Notes: a model not told the origin generated them from the sequence alone. Shown: positions 23,668 through 33,986, counted from the stretch's first letter. The stretch: 57,998 nt of DNA from Pseudomonadota bacterium (GCA_049320945.1 JBMOQT010000278.1:1-57998), one strand, 5' to 3'. Program-made: numbers and translations.

Positions 23668-24387
23668 TCAGCCGGCCGCCAACAGCGCCGCCAGGGTCGG
23701 CTGGGCGAGGCGGCGGCCGCCGCGCTCCCCGCCGGTATCGCTGCGCCCGTCGCCCAACGCAGCCTTCGGATCGCGCTGCAGCTCGGCGAGAGCCTGCTCC
23801 AGCAGCACCGCCGATGGTTCATCCCACAGCGCCTGGAGCGCACCCATGCGCAGATAGTTCTCGGCGCCGGGCGCAAACACCGGCGACTCCGCAGCCAGCT
23901 CCACCAAGCGCTGGTGCGGCAGCTTGGTGACCCGCGCCATGGCCTTCAGGTCCATGACCCGGATCTGCGCCGAAGCCAGGGCGTAGGCCCGGTCCGTCAT
24001 CAGACCGAAGGACAGGTAGCCGCCGCTCACTGCCTCGTGGTAGACCAGGCTCAGGCTGGCATGACCCTGACGCCGGGCGAGGTCCACGCAGCTCGCCAAG
24101 TGGGCCAGATAGCCGTTCAGCCCGATCATCTCGTCGTGGCGCGACAACGCCTGGCCGCTGGTATCCACGAGAAACAGCAGCGGCCGTCCGGGCGCCTGCT
24201 CGATCACTTCGAGCACGCCCTCGGCCAAGGCGAGCGCGAGCCGGCAGTCGATCGCGGCGGCGCCCGAGGTGCCCAGCACCGCCACGGTACCCAGCGCCGT
24301 CTCGCCCGTGCCGCGCACGCAGTGGTCCCGGTCGGCGACATCGAAGCCGCATGGGAACAACGCGGGAAGAAGCTCGTACAGGGTCAT
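23668..24387 (-). CDS. mdcE: malonate decarboxylase gamma subunit
   Basis: MTLYELLPALFP...LFLVDTSGQALSRHDEMIGLNGYLAHL. ATG 24387 overlaps the mdcD stop (ATGA). Confidence 0.8.
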   Translation of the reverse strand: MTLYELLPALFPCGFDVADRDHCVRGTGETALGTVAVLGTSGAAAIDCRLALALAEGVLEVIEQAPGRPLLFLVDTSGQALSRHDEMIGLNGYLAHLASCVDLARRQGHASLSLVYHEAVSGGYLSFGLMTDRAYALASAQIRVMDLKAMARVTKLPHQRLVELAAESPVFAPGAENYLRMGALQALWDEPSAVLLEQALAELQRDPKAALGDGRSDTGGERGGRRLAQPTLAALLAAG

Positions 24388-25301
24388 GTCGCCCTCGCTT
24401 GCTCGGTCATCCGCACGAAGTCCTCCACCTCGGCCATGGAAAGGGCGGCCGGGTCGGTCAGCCCCAGGATCTGCCACACCTGCGCGCCGTCACGCATTCC
24501 CGCGTAGCGCTCGGCACGCCGCGCAAGCGCGGCCTGGCGCGCCCGCAGGCGCGCCAGGGTCGGCGCCGACTCCGCCACCGCGCGCGCCAGCTCGGCAGCC
24601 GCGGCGCGGAAGGCGACGATGTCGTCGCGCACCAGGCGGTCGCAGTCGCCGATCAGGTAGCGGTGCTTGCCGCCGGTGACGCGCCACACCAGCGCCCGGT
24701 CACGGGAATCGAATTCCTCCACGCCTGCCACGGTCTCGATCACCTCCGGCCCGGACAACGACAGCCGCCCCTCCTCGGACATGATGACCGCCGAGCACAA
24801 GCGCGCCACGATACCCATGCCGCCGAAGGCACCGCACAAGCCGCCGATGAGGCACAGCACCGGGACGCCGGCGGCGCGCACCTCCAGCACGGCACGCATG
24901 ATCTCGGAGATGGCGACCAGCCCGGCATTGGCCTCGTGCAGCCGCACCCCGCCGGAGTCGGCGAGCAGCAGCACCGCCCGCGGCCGGTCGGCGAGGGCGC
25001 GGCGCAGCAGGCCAACGATCTTGGCGCCGTGGCATTCGCCCACCGCGCCGCCCATGAACTGCCCCTCCTGGGCTGCCACCAGCACCGGCAGACTGTCCAG
25101 AAGGCCGCGGCCGACCACGACGCCGTCGTCAAGGGCACCCGGGACGCCCAGGCGCAGCAGGTGCGGACTGGGTGCGCTCTGGTGCGGCGGCAGGAACTCG
25201 GCGAAGGAACCGGGATCGAGCAGCTCCGCCACCCGGGTGCGGGCCGTGGCCTCGAGCCAGCTCCTGCCGGCACGGGGATGGAACTCGGGCGCGGCGCTCA
25301 T
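24384..25301 (-). CDS. mdcD: malonate decarboxylase beta subunit
   Basis: MSAAPEFHPRAGRSWLE...LLLADSGGVRLHEANAG carboxyltransferase fold. ATG 25301 overlaps the mdcC stop. Confidence 0.85.
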   Translation of the reverse strand: MSAAPEFHPRAGRSWLEATARTRVAELLDPGSFAEFLPPHQSAPSPHLLRLGVPGALDDGVVVGRGLLDSLPVLVAAQEGQFMGGAVGECHGAKIVGLLRRALADRPRAVLLLADSGGVRLHEANAGLVAISEIMRAVLEVRAAGVPVLCLIGGLCGAFGGMGIVARLCSAVIMSEEGRLSLSGPEVIETVAGVEEFDSRDRALVWRVTGGKHRYLIGDCDRLVRDDIVAFRAAAAELARAVAESAPTLARLRARQAALARRAERYAGMRDGAQVWQILGLTDPAALSMAEVEDFVRMTEQARAT

Positions 25302-25609
25302 CGGGCACCTCCCAGGTAGGCGCGCAGCGCCTGCTCCAAACGCAGCGTCACCACCGCCGGTGTAGCACCCATATCGTTGATGGTGATGCGCGTGCAGCCC
25401 ACGGGGTGCCGCCGGACGAAGGCCTCGAGCACGGCGGCCCAGGTGTCGCGGAAGCCCACGGCGGACGTGGTCACCGAGACGCTGCAGGTTTCGCCGGACG
25501 CTTCCGGCTGGATGAGCACCTCCAGGTTGCCCGAGCCCACTACGCCGCACAGGGTAGGCGGCGCGGCGGCGATGGGGCGGGAGGCCAGCTTGAATTCCAG
25601 TGTCTCCAT
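25298..25609 (-). CDS. mdcC: malonate decarboxylase delta subunit (acyl carrier protein)
   Basis: METLEFKL...CGVVGSGNLEVL. 103 aa. It starts 4 nt after the mdcA stop. Confidence 0.85.
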   Translation of the reverse strand: METLEFKLASRPIAAAPPTLCGVVGSGNLEVLIQPEASGETCSVSVTTSAVGFRDTWAAVLEAFVRRHPVGCTRITINDMGATPAVVTLRLEQALRAYLGGAR

Positions 25610-25613
25610 GTGG

Positions 25614-27254
25614 TCACCAATTCCTGAAGCGGGCTGGCGGGTGGTACAGCCCCCCCGACCAGCGGACCAGATCCTTGATCGAGCGCGCCGCCAGCAGGTC
25701 GCGGGTGGCAAGGCGGGGGTCGATGCCCAGATCCTCGGCGCGGCGGATCACGCCCCGGTCGCGCAGGTTCTCCACCGCCGCCGCGTCACGCCTTCGGCCC
25801 ACCGGAGTGAAGCCGGCGACGCCGCGGATCGCCTGCTCCCGCTCCTGCGCCGTGCGGCACAGGAGCAGATTGGCGATGCCCTCCTCGGTGACGATGTGGG
25901 TCACGTCGTCGCCGTGGATCATGATGGGCGGCAGCTCCATGCCCATGCCCTGCATCAGCTCCCAGGCGTCGAGGCGCTCGACGAAGGCAGGCTGCATGTG
26001 CTCGCGGAAGGTCTCCACCATCTGCACCACCAGCTTCTGGCCGCGGGTGACCGGGCCGCCACCCGAACGCTCGCGCCCGGCCTTGAGCCAGGCCGGACTG
26101 GCATGGCGTCGGCCCCGGGCATCCGAGCCCATGTTGGGCGCGCCGCCAAAGCCGGTGATGCGGCCAAGTGTGGCGGTGGAGCTGTTGCCCGCCAGGTCGA
26201 TCTGCAGGGTCGAGCCGATGAACATGTCGCAAGCATAGAGTCCGGCGGTCTGACAGAAGGCCCGGTGAGAGCGCAGGCTGCCGTCGCGCCCGGTGAAGAA
26301 CACGTCGGGCCGGGCGGCGACATAATCCTCCATGCCCACCTCGGAGCCGAAGCTGTGCACCGACTCGACGAAGCCCGATTCGATGGCGGGAATGAGGGTG
26401 GGGTGCGGGTTGAGGGCCCAGTGGCGACAGATCTTCCCCTTGAGCCCCAGCTCCGCGGCATAGGTGGGCAGCAGCAACTCGATCGCCGCCGTGTCAAAGC
26501 CGATGCCGTGATTCAGGCGCTGCACGCCGTACTCGGCGTAGATGCCCTTGAGCGCCATCATCGCCATGAGCACCTGAATCTCGGTTATCTGCGCCGGATC
26601 GCGGGTGAACAGGGGTTCGATGTAGTTGGGCCTGGGCGCGACGACGAAGAAGTCCACCCAGTCCGCCGGGATGTCCACCCGGGGCAGCGCAGCGCACAGC
26701 TCGTTCACCTGGGCGATAACGATGCCGTCCTTGAATGCCGTGGCCTCGACAATGGCCGGGGTGTCTTCGGTGTTCGGCCCGGTATACAGGTTGCCCGCGG
26801 CGTCCGCGGCCTGGGCGGCGATCAGGCATACGTCGGGAGTGAGATCGACAAAGTAGCGCCCGAACAGCTCCAGGTAGGTGTGGATGGCGCCGATCTCGAT
26901 TCGCCGCGTCTGCACCAGCTTGGCCAGCCGCGTGCCCTGAGGGCCGGAGAAGGAGAAGTCGAGCTTCTTGGCCAGGCCGCGCTCGAACAGCTCGATGTGG
27001 GCCGGCAGCGCCAGCACCGACTGCACCAGGTGCAGCTCGCGCACCCGCTGCGGCGAGCACCGGGCCAGGGTCTCGGCCAGGAAGTCCGCCTGCTTCTGGT
27101 TGTTGCCCTCAAGGCAGACCCGGTCGCCCGGCTCCAGCACCGCCTCCAGCAGCGCCACCGCGTCGGCGGCGTCCACGCGCTTGGCGCGGGCCAGGTCGGC
27201 GGCCCGCGCCAGGCGCGCCCTGCGGCTGTCCGCTCGATCGTTCCAGGTGCGCAC
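25614..27254 (-). CDS. mdcA: malonate decarboxylase alpha subunit (acetyl-ACP:malonate ACP transferase)
   Basis: 546 aa. ...VCLEGNNQKQADFL...IHTYLELFGRYF. The GTG start directly abuts the dctM stop (TAG-GTG). Confidence 0.88.
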   Translation of the reverse strand: MRTWNDRADSRRARLARAADLARAKRVDAADAVALLEAVLEPGDRVCLEGNNQKQADFLAETLARCSPQRVRELHLVQSVLALPAHIELFERGLAKKLDFSFSGPQGTRLAKLVQTRRIEIGAIHTYLELFGRYFVDLTPDVCLIAAQAADAAGNLYTGPNTEDTPAIVEATAFKDGIVIAQVNELCAALPRVDIPADWVDFFVVAPRPNYIEPLFTRDPAQITEIQVLMAMMALKGIYAEYGVQRLNHGIGFDTAAIELLLPTYAAELGLKGKICRHWALNPHPTLIPAIESGFVESVHSFGSEVGMEDYVAARPDVFFTGRDGSLRSHRAFCQTAGLYACDMFIGSTLQIDLAGNSSTATLGRITGFGGAPNMGSDARGRRHASPAWLKAGRERSGGGPVTRGQKLVVQMVETFREHMQPAFVERLDAWELMQGMGMELPPIMIHGDDVTHIVTEEGIANLLLCRTAQEREQAIRGVAGFTPVGRRRDAAAVENLRDRGVIRRAEDLGIDPRLATRDLLAARSIKDLVRWSGGLYHPPARFRNW

Positions 27255-28589
27255 CTAGGCCCCCTTGTACTGGTTGGGCAGCCACATGGCGATCTCCGGG
27301 AAGAGGCACAGCAGCAAGATGCCCAGCACCATCAGCAGCAGGAACGGCACGACGCCCCAGATGATGTCCTTCATCTTGATGTCCGGCGCGATTCCGTTGA
27401 TTACGAACAGGTTGAGCCCCACCGGCGGGTGGATCAGCCCCATCTCCATGAGGATGGTCATGATCACGCCGAACCAGATGAGGTCGATGCCCAGGGCCTT
27501 GAGCGCCGGCAGGATGATAGGCGTGACCATCAGGATGATCGCCACCGGCGGCAGGAAGAAGCCGAGGACAATAAGCAGGATGTTCACCCAGAAGAAGAAC
27601 TCCCACTTGCCCATGTGCAGCGATACCAGCCATGCCGCCACCTCCTGCGTCACGTGCAGGTAGCTCATGACATAGGTGTAGAGGAAGGACATGGCGATGA
27701 TAAGCATGATCATGCACGACTCGCGCGCAGTGCCGGAGAGGATCACCTTGAGCTCGCTCCAGCGCCAGCAGCCATAGATCAGCATAACCATCAGCAGCGC
27801 GCCGAAGGCGCCGATGCCCGCCACTTCCGAAGGCGTGGCCCAGCCGCCGTAGAGCGCCACCATCACCACCACGATGAGGACGAGAAAGGGGGCGAGCCGC
27901 GGCAGGGTCTCTAGCCGCTCGCGCCAGGAGTAGCTCTCCTGCGCCAGCAGCGCATCGGCGCCGCCGCCGCTTCGCGCCTGCTGTTTCTCGCGCCACGACC
28001 GGTACATGACCCAGAGGGCAAACAGCAGCGTGAGCATGATGCCGGGACCCACGCCAGCCATGAACAGCTTGCCGATGGACTGCTCGGTGGCCAAGCCATA
28101 GAGGATCAAGGTGAGGCTGGGCGGGATCAGAATGCCCAGGGTGCCGCCGGCGGCGATCAGGCCCGAGGCCAGCCGCGCCGAGTAGCCGCGCTTGCGCATC
28201 TCGGGGATGCCCGAACTGCCGATGGCCGAGCAGGTGGCGGGGCTGGAGCCGCACATGGCGGCGAATACCGAGCAGGCCAAGGTATTGGCCAGCCCGAGCC
28301 CGCCCGGCACCCGGTACAGCCAGCGGTTGAGCGAGTTGTACAAGTCGCCGCCGGCGCGCGACTTGCCGATGGCCGCGCCCATCAGGATGAACAGCGGGAT
28401 GGTGAGCAGGGTGAAGCTGTTGAGCTCGGAAAAGATGGTCTCGGCGACGATGTCCAACTGGGCAGCGGGCATGAAGAAGAACATGAACAGCAGGGCCACG
28501 GTGCCCACGGCGAAGGCGATGGGCATGCCGGAGAAGAGGAAGACGAAGGTAGCGACGCCGTAGAGCACGCCGATCTGCAACACGCTCAT
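27255..28589 (-). CDS. dctM: TRAP transporter large permease
   Basis: 444-aa polytopic protein with typical DctM blocks ([21 protein letters not shown]). Its start overlaps the dctQ stop (ATGA). Confidence 0.88.
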   Translation of the reverse strand: MSVLQIGVLYGVATFVFLFSGMPIAFAVGTVALLFMFFFMPAAQLDIVAETIFSELNSFTLLTIPLFILMGAAIGKSRAGGDLYNSLNRWLYRVPGGLGLANTLACSVFAAMCGSSPATCSAIGSSGIPEMRKRGYSARLASGLIAAGGTLGILIPPSLTLILYGLATEQSIGKLFMAGVGPGIMLTLLFALWVMYRSWREKQQARSGGGADALLAQESYSWRERLETLPRLAPFLVLIVVVMVALYGGWATPSEVAGIGAFGALLMVMLIYGCWRWSELKVILSGTARESCMIMLIIAMSFLYTYVMSYLHVTQEVAAWLVSLHMGKWEFFFWVNILLIVLGFFLPPVAIILMVTPIILPALKALGIDLIWFGVIMTILMEMGLIHPPVGLNLFVINGIAPDIKMKDIIWGVVPFLLLMVLGILLLCLFPEIAMWLPNQYKGA

Positions 28590-29170
28590 TTGTTCGCTCC
28601 CTTTGCGTCAAGCCGGATCAGTTGCTCGGCCACCTGCAGTTCCGCATCGTGGTGCGCGGGCTCGGCGCCGGGTCTGAGGACGGCCTGCAGGCTCTCCTCG
28701 ACGACCTGGATCAGAAGCTGTGCCGTCAGGGTGGTCATGCCGAAGGCCATAAAGCCGAACACCGGCCACAGCGGCGGCGCCCAGGTGCTGTCGCTCACCC
28801 GGCCCTCCACCCAGGCCTCCTGCACCAGATGCCAGCATTTCCAGGCGACAAAGGCGCAGAACAGGGTGGACAGCACGTCCGCCACCAGGATGCGCCATTG
28901 GGTCAGCTGCCTCGGCGTAATCTCGTCCAGCACCTCGATGGTGACGTGGCCGCGGGTGAGCTGGGTGTGGGCCGCGCTCATGAAGGTGGCGATGATCAGC
29001 AGCATGACGCTGAACTCGATCTCCCAGTCCGTCGGCCAGGCGAAGACGTAGCGCACCACCACCTCAAACACCAGAACGCCGGTGGCAAGCACGATCAGGA
29101 AGGCCGACAGGTAACCTGCCAGCGTGTTGAACTGCTTGACCAGCCGGCTGAAGGCTTGCCAGGCTCTCAT
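28586..29170 (-). CDS. dctQ: TRAP transporter small permease
   Basis: [10 protein letters not shown]..., a DctQ-like protein with four TM segments. ATG 29170 is preceded by GGAGGA. Confidence 0.8.
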   Translation of the reverse strand: MRAWQAFSRLVKQFNTLAGYLSAFLIVLATGVLVFEVVVRYVFAWPTDWEIEFSVMLLIIATFMSAAHTQLTRGHVTIEVLDEITPRQLTQWRILVADVLSTLFCAFVAWKCWHLVQEAWVEGRVSDSTWAPPLWPVFGFMAFGMTTLTAQLLIQVVEESLQAVLRPGAEPAHHDAELQVAEQLIRLDAKGANK

Positions 29171-29235
29171 GGAATCCTCCTTGATATGTGACAGCGACGG
29201 GGGCATTGCGCCCCCAGGGGCTGTTGGCCGCGCGC

Positions 29236-30261
29236 TTATTTCACCGCCAGGGCCATATCGAGCAGTTGCTTGCCATTCCTGACTCTTTCTTCGAAGTCCT
29301 TGAACGCGCTCTGCTTGGCCACTTCACGCCATTTGTTGAAGGTAACCTCGTCCATGTCATACACCTTGGCGCCAGCCTTGGCATAGATGTCCGCGAGGCG
29401 CGCATCATCCTTCTTCGATTCCTCCATGCCCCACTTCTCCAGGCTGGCGCCGACTTCCGTGACGATCTTCTGCTGCTCGGGCGTGAGGGCGTCGTAAGCG
29501 GCCTTGGACATGATCAGCGGCTCGAACATGAACCAGAAGGTTTTGTTGCGCGCCGTGGTGACGTGCTTGGTGAACTCCTGCAGGCGGAAGCTGATGAGCG
29601 AGGTGCTGGAGGTCACCGCGGCGTCGAGCACCCCCGACTGCATTGCGTTATAGACCTCGCTCGAGGGCATGCTGGTGATTGCGGCACCGGCGGCCTTGAG
29701 CATCAGGTCCATCTCCTTGCTGCCGCCGCGCGCCTTCAGACCCTTGACATCCTCCGGATTGACGATGGCCTTGCTGGTGGAGGCGATGCCGCCCCCCTGC
29801 CACACCCAGGTGACGATCTTGATGCCCCTTTCCTCCAGGATGCGGGTGAGTTCGCGCCCGATGGGCGCGTCCTTCCACCTCAGCCCCTGCTCGTAACTGG
29901 TGACCAGGGTCGGCATCAGGGTCAGGTTCACCTCAGGAATCTCGCCGCCGCCGTAGGCGAGCGGCACCAGGGTCATGTCCAGGGCGTTCTTGCGCACCGA
30001 GCTGATCTGGGCCATGGTCTTGACAAGGGAACTGGCGGGGTAGATCTCGAACTTGAGTTGCCCCTTGCTGCGCTTCTTCACCTCGGTGGCGAATTTGCGC
30101 ACCAGGCGGTCGCGGAAATCGCCATCGTCGCCGGAGGCAGGCGGGAACTGGTGGGAAATCTTGATGATCTTGGGCGCTTGCGCGTGGGCCTGGAAGGTGA
30201 GGCCCAAGGCCAGGACCGCAAGTACCGGGCACAGAATCCGTTGCGTGAAGTGTTTCAACAT
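29236..30261 (-). CDS. dctP: TRAP transporter solute-binding protein (DctP family), probable malonate/dicarboxylate receptor
   Basis: Signal peptide ...FQAHAQA, then IKISHQFP...YPASSL DctP motifs. GAGGAG SD. Confidence 0.85.
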   Translation of the reverse strand: MLKHFTQRILCPVLAVLALGLTFQAHAQAPKIIKISHQFPPASGDDGDFRDRLVRKFATEVKKRSKGQLKFEIYPASSLVKTMAQISSVRKNALDMTLVPLAYGGGEIPEVNLTLMPTLVTSYEQGLRWKDAPIGRELTRILEERGIKIVTWVWQGGGIASTSKAIVNPEDVKGLKARGGSKEMDLMLKAAGAAITSMPSSEVYNAMQSGVLDAAVTSSTSLISFRLQEFTKHVTTARNKTFWFMFEPLIMSKAAYDALTPEQQKIVTEVGASLEKWGMEESKKDDARLADIYAKAGAKVYDMDEVTFNKWREVAKQSAFKDFEERVRNGKQLLDMALAVK

Positions 30262-30330
30262 GGTGGTCTCCTCTTTCTGTTATGTAACGCGTTGCAGATG
30301 CGACTCGGAAGGCGGCGGTAATTGGAAAAA

Positions 30331-31086
30331 TCAGTAGCGGCCGGACAGCAGGGCGCCGGCATTAGGCACGACGGCCTTAAGGTTCAATTTCTTCAGCATT
30401 TGATAGGCGGTACATACCGCCGACGAGACAACCGGCAGGTCGCAGCGGTCCTCCACCACCTGGATCGCCGGCAGCGAGGGCATCTGCACGCAGGCCGAGA
30501 GCACGATCGCATCGACACCGCGAGTATCGAGCTTGCTCGCGATCTGCGCCGGGGCCATCGGGTCGCGCGCGCCCACTTCGAGGTTATTCGGGATCTCCAG
30601 CGAGATGCTGTCGTGCACCTCGATGCCCTCATGCTCGAGGTAGTCGATGACCAGCCGGGTGAGTGGTTTCATGTACGGAGCAAGCAGGGAGATCTTCCTT
30701 GCGCCCAGGGCCTTCAGTCCGTCCACCAGTGCCCCCGCGCTGGTCACCACAGGCGTCGGCGCGCCGTTTTGGGCTGTCACCGTGTGCAGCCGCTCCTGGG
30801 AGACACGGTGGTAGCCGCGGCCCATGCTCATGATCGCCACCAGGCAGGCGTAACCCATGACGTCCACGCGCGCGTCGGACAGTTCCGCTGCACAGCGGTC
30901 GGAATCCCGGTCCATCGCCGCCAGCTCGTCCTTGGTGACCTGTTGCATGCGTATGCGGCTGGAATGAAAGGTGAAGCGCTCGGGCGCTATCGTCTCCCGA
31001 AACCGCAATAAGGCGGGAATCTCGGTTTCCATGGTGGTGTTCGAACTGGGCACGATCTGCCCGATGCGATAGGCCTGTTTGTTCAC
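30331..31086 (-). CDS. maleate cis-trans isomerase-like enzyme (Asp/Glu/hydantoin racemase - arylmalonate decarboxylase superfamily)
   Basis: GTG 31086 is preceded by AGGAG. IGQIVPSSNTTMETE motif. Two candidate catalytic cysteines sit 118 residues apart: C81 in GYACLVA and C199 in LSACVQMPS. Confidence 0.7.
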   Translation of the reverse strand: MNKQAYRIGQIVPSSNTTMETEIPALLRFRETIAPERFTFHSSRIRMQQVTKDELAAMDRDSDRCAAELSDARVDVMGYACLVAIMSMGRGYHRVSQERLHTVTAQNGAPTPVVTSAGALVDGLKALGARKISLLAPYMKPLTRLVIDYLEHEGIEVHDSISLEIPNNLEVGARDPMAPAQIASKLDTRGVDAIVLSACVQMPSLPAIQVVEDRCDLPVVSSAVCTAYQMLKKLNLKAVVPNAGALLSGRY

Positions 31087-31109
31087 CTCTGCTCCTAAGG
31101 GACTGGGGG

Positions 31110-31823
31110 TTACGCGCCGAGCTGGCGCGCCAGGTCGATGAAGTCGGCGGCGACGAGATCGAATTCGCCGGCCTGGTAAGCGGGGACCGGCGCGCCGGGA
31201 CCGAATTCGTGGGGCCGCGGTACGTAGCCGGTGCGACAACCCACCGCCCGCGCCGCGCGCAGGTCGTCCGGGTGGGCCGCCACCAGCATCAGTTCGTCCG
31301 GCTCGATGTCCAGCAGGCGGGCGGTGCCCAAGTAGGTCTCCGGATCGGGTTTATAGTGGCGAAACAGCTCCGCCGACACGACACAGTCCCAGGGCAGGCC
31401 GGCCCGCTTGGCCATGGCGGTGAGCAGACTGAAGTTGCCGTTGGAGAGGGTGGTAATGGTGTAGCGAGCCTTGAGCCGGACGAGCCCGGCGACGGCGTCG
31501 GGCCAGGGGTCAAGCCGGTGCCAGGCGCGGTTCAGATGGTCCAGATCAGCTTCGGACAGGGCCGCGAGGCCGAAATCGGCCCGCAAGCCGTCGAGTATCA
31601 TGCGGTGCAGGGCGTCGATGGTCATCCATGGCAGATCGCCCGAACGCACGCGCTGCATGGCCGGCTGATAGCCCGCGCGCCAGCGCTCGGCGAAGGCCTC
31701 GCAGTCGCCCGGGATGCCGCACGCCGCGGCCTCGCGCGCTATGCTGCCGCGCCAGTCCACGACCGTGCCGAACACGTCGAAGGCGAGCACCCGAATAGGG
31801 CGAGAGGTGTTGCGGGGCAACAT
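31110..31823 (-). CDS. haloacid dehalogenase type II (HAD superfamily)
   Basis: Nucleophile motif FDVFGTVVDW, plus TLSNGN, YKPD and AAHPDDL blocks. 237 aa. Confidence 0.75.
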   Translation of the reverse strand: MLPRNTSRPIRVLAFDVFGTVVDWRGSIAREAAACGIPGDCEAFAERWRAGYQPAMQRVRSGDLPWMTIDALHRMILDGLRADFGLAALSEADLDHLNRAWHRLDPWPDAVAGLVRLKARYTITTLSNGNFSLLTAMAKRAGLPWDCVVSAELFRHYKPDPETYLGTARLLDIEPDELMLVAAHPDDLRAARAVGCRTGYVPRPHEFGPGAPVPAYQAGEFDLVAADFIDLARQLGA

Positions 31824-31937
31824 GCGGGGTCCTCCTTCCTGTCGTCGGTTGAGTACCTGGCCGGCGCGATTGCCAACCCAGGTTTGTCGGCCTATCGTGC
31901 ACTCAAGACGGCGTCAGCACGAGCACGTAAGCGCTTT

Positions 31938-31947
31938 TTGTATACAA
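31938..31947. promoter_or_regulatory. GntR/FadR-type operator candidate TTGTATACAA
   Basis: Perfect 10-bp palindrome matching the GT-N-AC logic of the FadR subfamily. It lies in the divergent region between the HAD operon and the GntR gene. A second inverted repeat, CGTTGA-N8-TCAACG, is at 31957-31976. Confidence 0.45.
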
Positions 31948-31997
31948 GGTATCCGTCGTTGAATACAATGTCAACGCATTCGAAGAGGAGCCAGGGA

Positions 31998-32663
31998 ATG
32001 AGCAAACGACGATCGGACGAATTGCGCGATGCGATCGAGGAAATGATTGCTTTTGGCAAGCTTCCCCCCGGCAAGCACCTGGACGAGACCGAACTGGCGG
32101 AGAGTTTCGGCGTCTCCCGCACGCCGGTGCGAGAAGCCCTCAACCAGCTCGCCACCGCGGGCATAATCGAGATACGTCCCCGCCGCGGCGCGGTGGTTGC
32201 GGAGATCGGGCCACAGCGGCTGGTGGAGATGTTCGAAGTGATGGCGGAACTGGAGGGCATGTGCGGACGCCTGGCGGCGCGCCGTCTGAGCGAGGCCGAG
32301 CAGAAGGCCTTGCTGGCGGCCCAGGAGGCGTGCAAAGCGGCCAAGGAGGCCGGCGATCCGGACCTCTATTACCAGCGCAACGACGAGTTCCACGGCGTGA
32401 TCTACGCCGGCAGCCACAATGGCTTCCTGATCGAGCAGGCGTGGAACCTGCGTCGCCGCCTGCGTCCTTACCGCAGGCTGCAGCTCCGGGTGAGGGACCG
32501 CATTCCGAATTCCTTCAGGGAACACGAAGGGATCGTCGCCGCGATCCTCGCTGGCGACGGCGAGCGGGCAGATGAACTGCTGCGCGAGCATGTCATGGTG
32601 CAGGGCCAGCGTTTTGCTGACCTGATCGCCTCGCTGCCCCTGCTGCGCCAAGCCGCAGCCTGA
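31998..32663 (+). CDS. GntR/FadR-family regulator (FCD domain), candidate regulator of the HAD-TRAP-mdc operon
   Basis: LAESFGVSRTPVREALNQLATAGII wHTH. ATG 31998 is preceded by GAGGAG; the alternative ATG is 31968. Confidence 0.8.
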   Translation: MSKRRSDELRDAIEEMIAFGKLPPGKHLDETELAESFGVSRTPVREALNQLATAGIIEIRPRRGAVVAEIGPQRLVEMFEVMAELEGMCGRLAARRLSEAEQKALLAAQEACKAAKEAGDPDLYYQRNDEFHGVIYAGSHNGFLIEQAWNLRRRLRPYRRLQLRVRDRIPNSFREHEGIVAAILAGDGERADELLREHVMVQGQRFADLIASLPLLRQAAA

Positions 32664-32716
32664 GCAGCGTCCCCAGCCGCCCGCACGCAGGGGGTGGGGG
32701 CGCCGCGCCGCCCCGG

Positions 32717-33513
32717 TCAGGTGAGCAAGCTGTGCAGCATCTTGGTGGCGAGCAGTGCGAGGAACCCCCCAAACGCTCGTTTCAACTGCTTCACCGGCAG
32801 GCGGTGCGCCACCTTCGCTCCGAGGGGCGCGACCAGCACAGACAGGGCGACGACGCCGATGAACGCCGGCAGATAAACATAGCCCAGCGTATAGGGCGGA
32901 AGATCCTGGGCGCCCACGCCGGCGGCAATGTAGCCAATCATGCCGGCCGCCGCGATCGGAAAGCCGAGAGCGGCCGAAGTCCCGACGGCGTGGTGGATGA
33001 CTACGTTGCAAAACACCATAAAGGGAATCGAGAGAAAGCCGCCGCCCGCCGCCACCAGGCTGGAGACAAGGCCGATCACGCCGCCGGCAAGAAACAGCCC
33101 GAGGACCCCGGGCAGCTGCCGATGGGGCTTGGGCCTGAAGTCCAACATCATCTGCAGCGAGGCATAGTACACGATGCCCACGAACACGACGACCAGTGGT
33201 CGGGTCGGCACCAAGCCGGCGAACAGCGAACCGCCCAGGGTTCCCGCCACCAACCCCGGCGCCATGGCGCGCACGATCTCCCAGCGCACTGCGCCGTGGC
33301 GATGGTGGGCACGCATGCTGGAGATGGAAGTGAGCACGATGGTGCTCATCGAGGTGCCCAGCGCCAGGTGCATGACATGGTCGGCGGGGAAATCCTGCAC
33401 CGAAAACAGCATGAACAGGATCGGCACCAGGGTAAGCCCGCCGCCAACACCGAATAGACCGGCGACAAAGCCGGCGAAAACCCCCAGCAGCGGATAGCTC
33501 AACAGCCACCAGC

Positions 33514-33517
<4 letters not shown>
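32717..33517 (-). CDS. TauE/SafE (DUF81) family anion exporter, paralog of 20377..21186
   Basis: GLFGVGGGLTLVP and SMRAHHRHGAV motifs shared with the first copy. Its start overlaps the EVE gene stop by 4 nt. Confidence 0.8.
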
Positions 33518-33978
<461 letters not shown>

Positions 33979-33986
33979 GATCGGTC

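Noticed and set aside
25377-27914. 845-aa plus-strand ORF spanning mdcC, mdcA and dctM
   Set aside because: It is antisense to three well-supported genes at once, which a real gene would not be. The composition is G/H/R/A/D-rich shadow sequence.
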